DNA of 62,848 nucleotides, filler included, from Choristocarpus tenellus KU-1152 (taxonomy: Eukaryota > Protista > Phaeophyceae), in assembly GCA_964200185.2 (NCBI GenBank). It is 12 parts of 12 records of this genome, joined end to end, with 100 filler letters (N's around TTAATTAATTAA, not from the genome) between each part and the next. Parts side by side here need not be neighbours in the genome. Positions count along the whole stretch, not along the records: positions 51,388 to 62,848 come from CAXNAD020002302.1; 11 more parts are not named here. The stretch is one strand, 5' to 3'. Positions 62,096 through 62,848 of this stretch are shown here, piece by piece; within the stretch, counting starts at the first letter, position 1; each line of letters begins with the position of its first letter. A model generated the notes under the pieces. The model saw only the letters and a list, made by a program, of their open reading frames with translations, did no database searches and was not told the origin of the DNA. A program made the position numbers and the translations under genes.

Positions 62096-62848
62096 ACGTA
62101 GGATTGTTATGGATGGTTCACCTTATTGGAATCTTCCCACACTGATGAGGATGATACGCGCCGTTATAGAAATTTGCGGGCGTCATATTTTTCCATTGAA
62201 GCTGGGCACCGATTCAAAGAGGGTTGGCATCCACCCAGGTGCTCTGCCCTCATGGTTCCCTGGCCATGAAAATTTCAGAGGGTGGGTTATCGACACTACA
62301 TAGTACTATTCTCTTCAGCCAGTAGGCTATACTATTGTGCTGTGACTTATCCCCAACCTAGCTCAATGGCACTCTTCCCCTCACCCTACCGTTTGTCCAG
62401 GTGCGTACATCATAGACAGGTTCTCTGAAGGCCAACTTCCTGCACCAATTGCCTGTGGTCTGCTCTTTGTGCTCTTTCCTGAGATCAGCCCCGCTTGTGG
62501 GTTCTCTTAGCTATTTTTGGGCTGCTCCATCATCAGGCCCTCCAGATCCCCCAACATAGTCCGCTCCAGTGTGCCTCCTATGGACCACAAAAGAGATCTG
62601 GAGTTTTCCGCTTTCAGTTTGTGCGTAGTTTGTGATGACTTTTAGCATCATGGCTCAACTAGTGGGTCAGGTTGCCCTGCACGCTGAGAACGGACCGGGA
62701 CTCATTGTGGCTTATGTAATTGGGTTTGGCATCTTCCCAATATACCTTGTCGATGAGACTTGACCCTATCTGGGGGGGGGGGGGGGTATTCGCCGGCGTG
62801 GCAATCTGTACAGGGACTCATGGCTGGGACAGAAACAACGCAATATCC

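Noticed and set aside
62300-62760. Possible Copia RT trace on the minus strand
   Set aside because: Only one weak motif echo.

Overview
This window is not one locus. It is 12 eukaryotic contigs joined by 11 identical artificial 100-bp linkers (44 N + TTAATTAATTAA + 44 N), so synteny across linkers means nothing. The DNA is intron-rich, has TTAGGG-type interstitial repeats and is full of decayed transposons. This fits a stramenopile/brown-algal-like genome, but that assignment is inference only. Supported genes: a complete 5-exon RS-domain cyclophilin (PPIG/NKTR-like, ~861 aa), the last two exons of DDX46/Prp5, an ankyrin-repeat exon, the first exon of a secreted SGNH-like protein, and a ~9 kb multi-exon gene with C2-like, EF-hand and multiple IQ motifs. 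Mobile DNA: a full-length inactivated plant-type mariner (27-bp TIRs, TA TSD), two Copia remnants, a DIRS/Ngaro remnant, RTE-like and CRE-like non-LTR remnants, two related MITE families sharing an AAAGTATCT TIR core, an unclassified ~250-bp dispersed repeat and a ~190-bp tandem array. I found no prokaryotic-type system (CRISPR, defence island) and no clearly new multi-gene system. The best leads are the MITE group (4-bp TSD, telomere repeats inside one TIR, poly-G TIRs at contig breaks), a tandemly duplicated exon that appears to need a GC donor, and the IQ/EF-hand protein.
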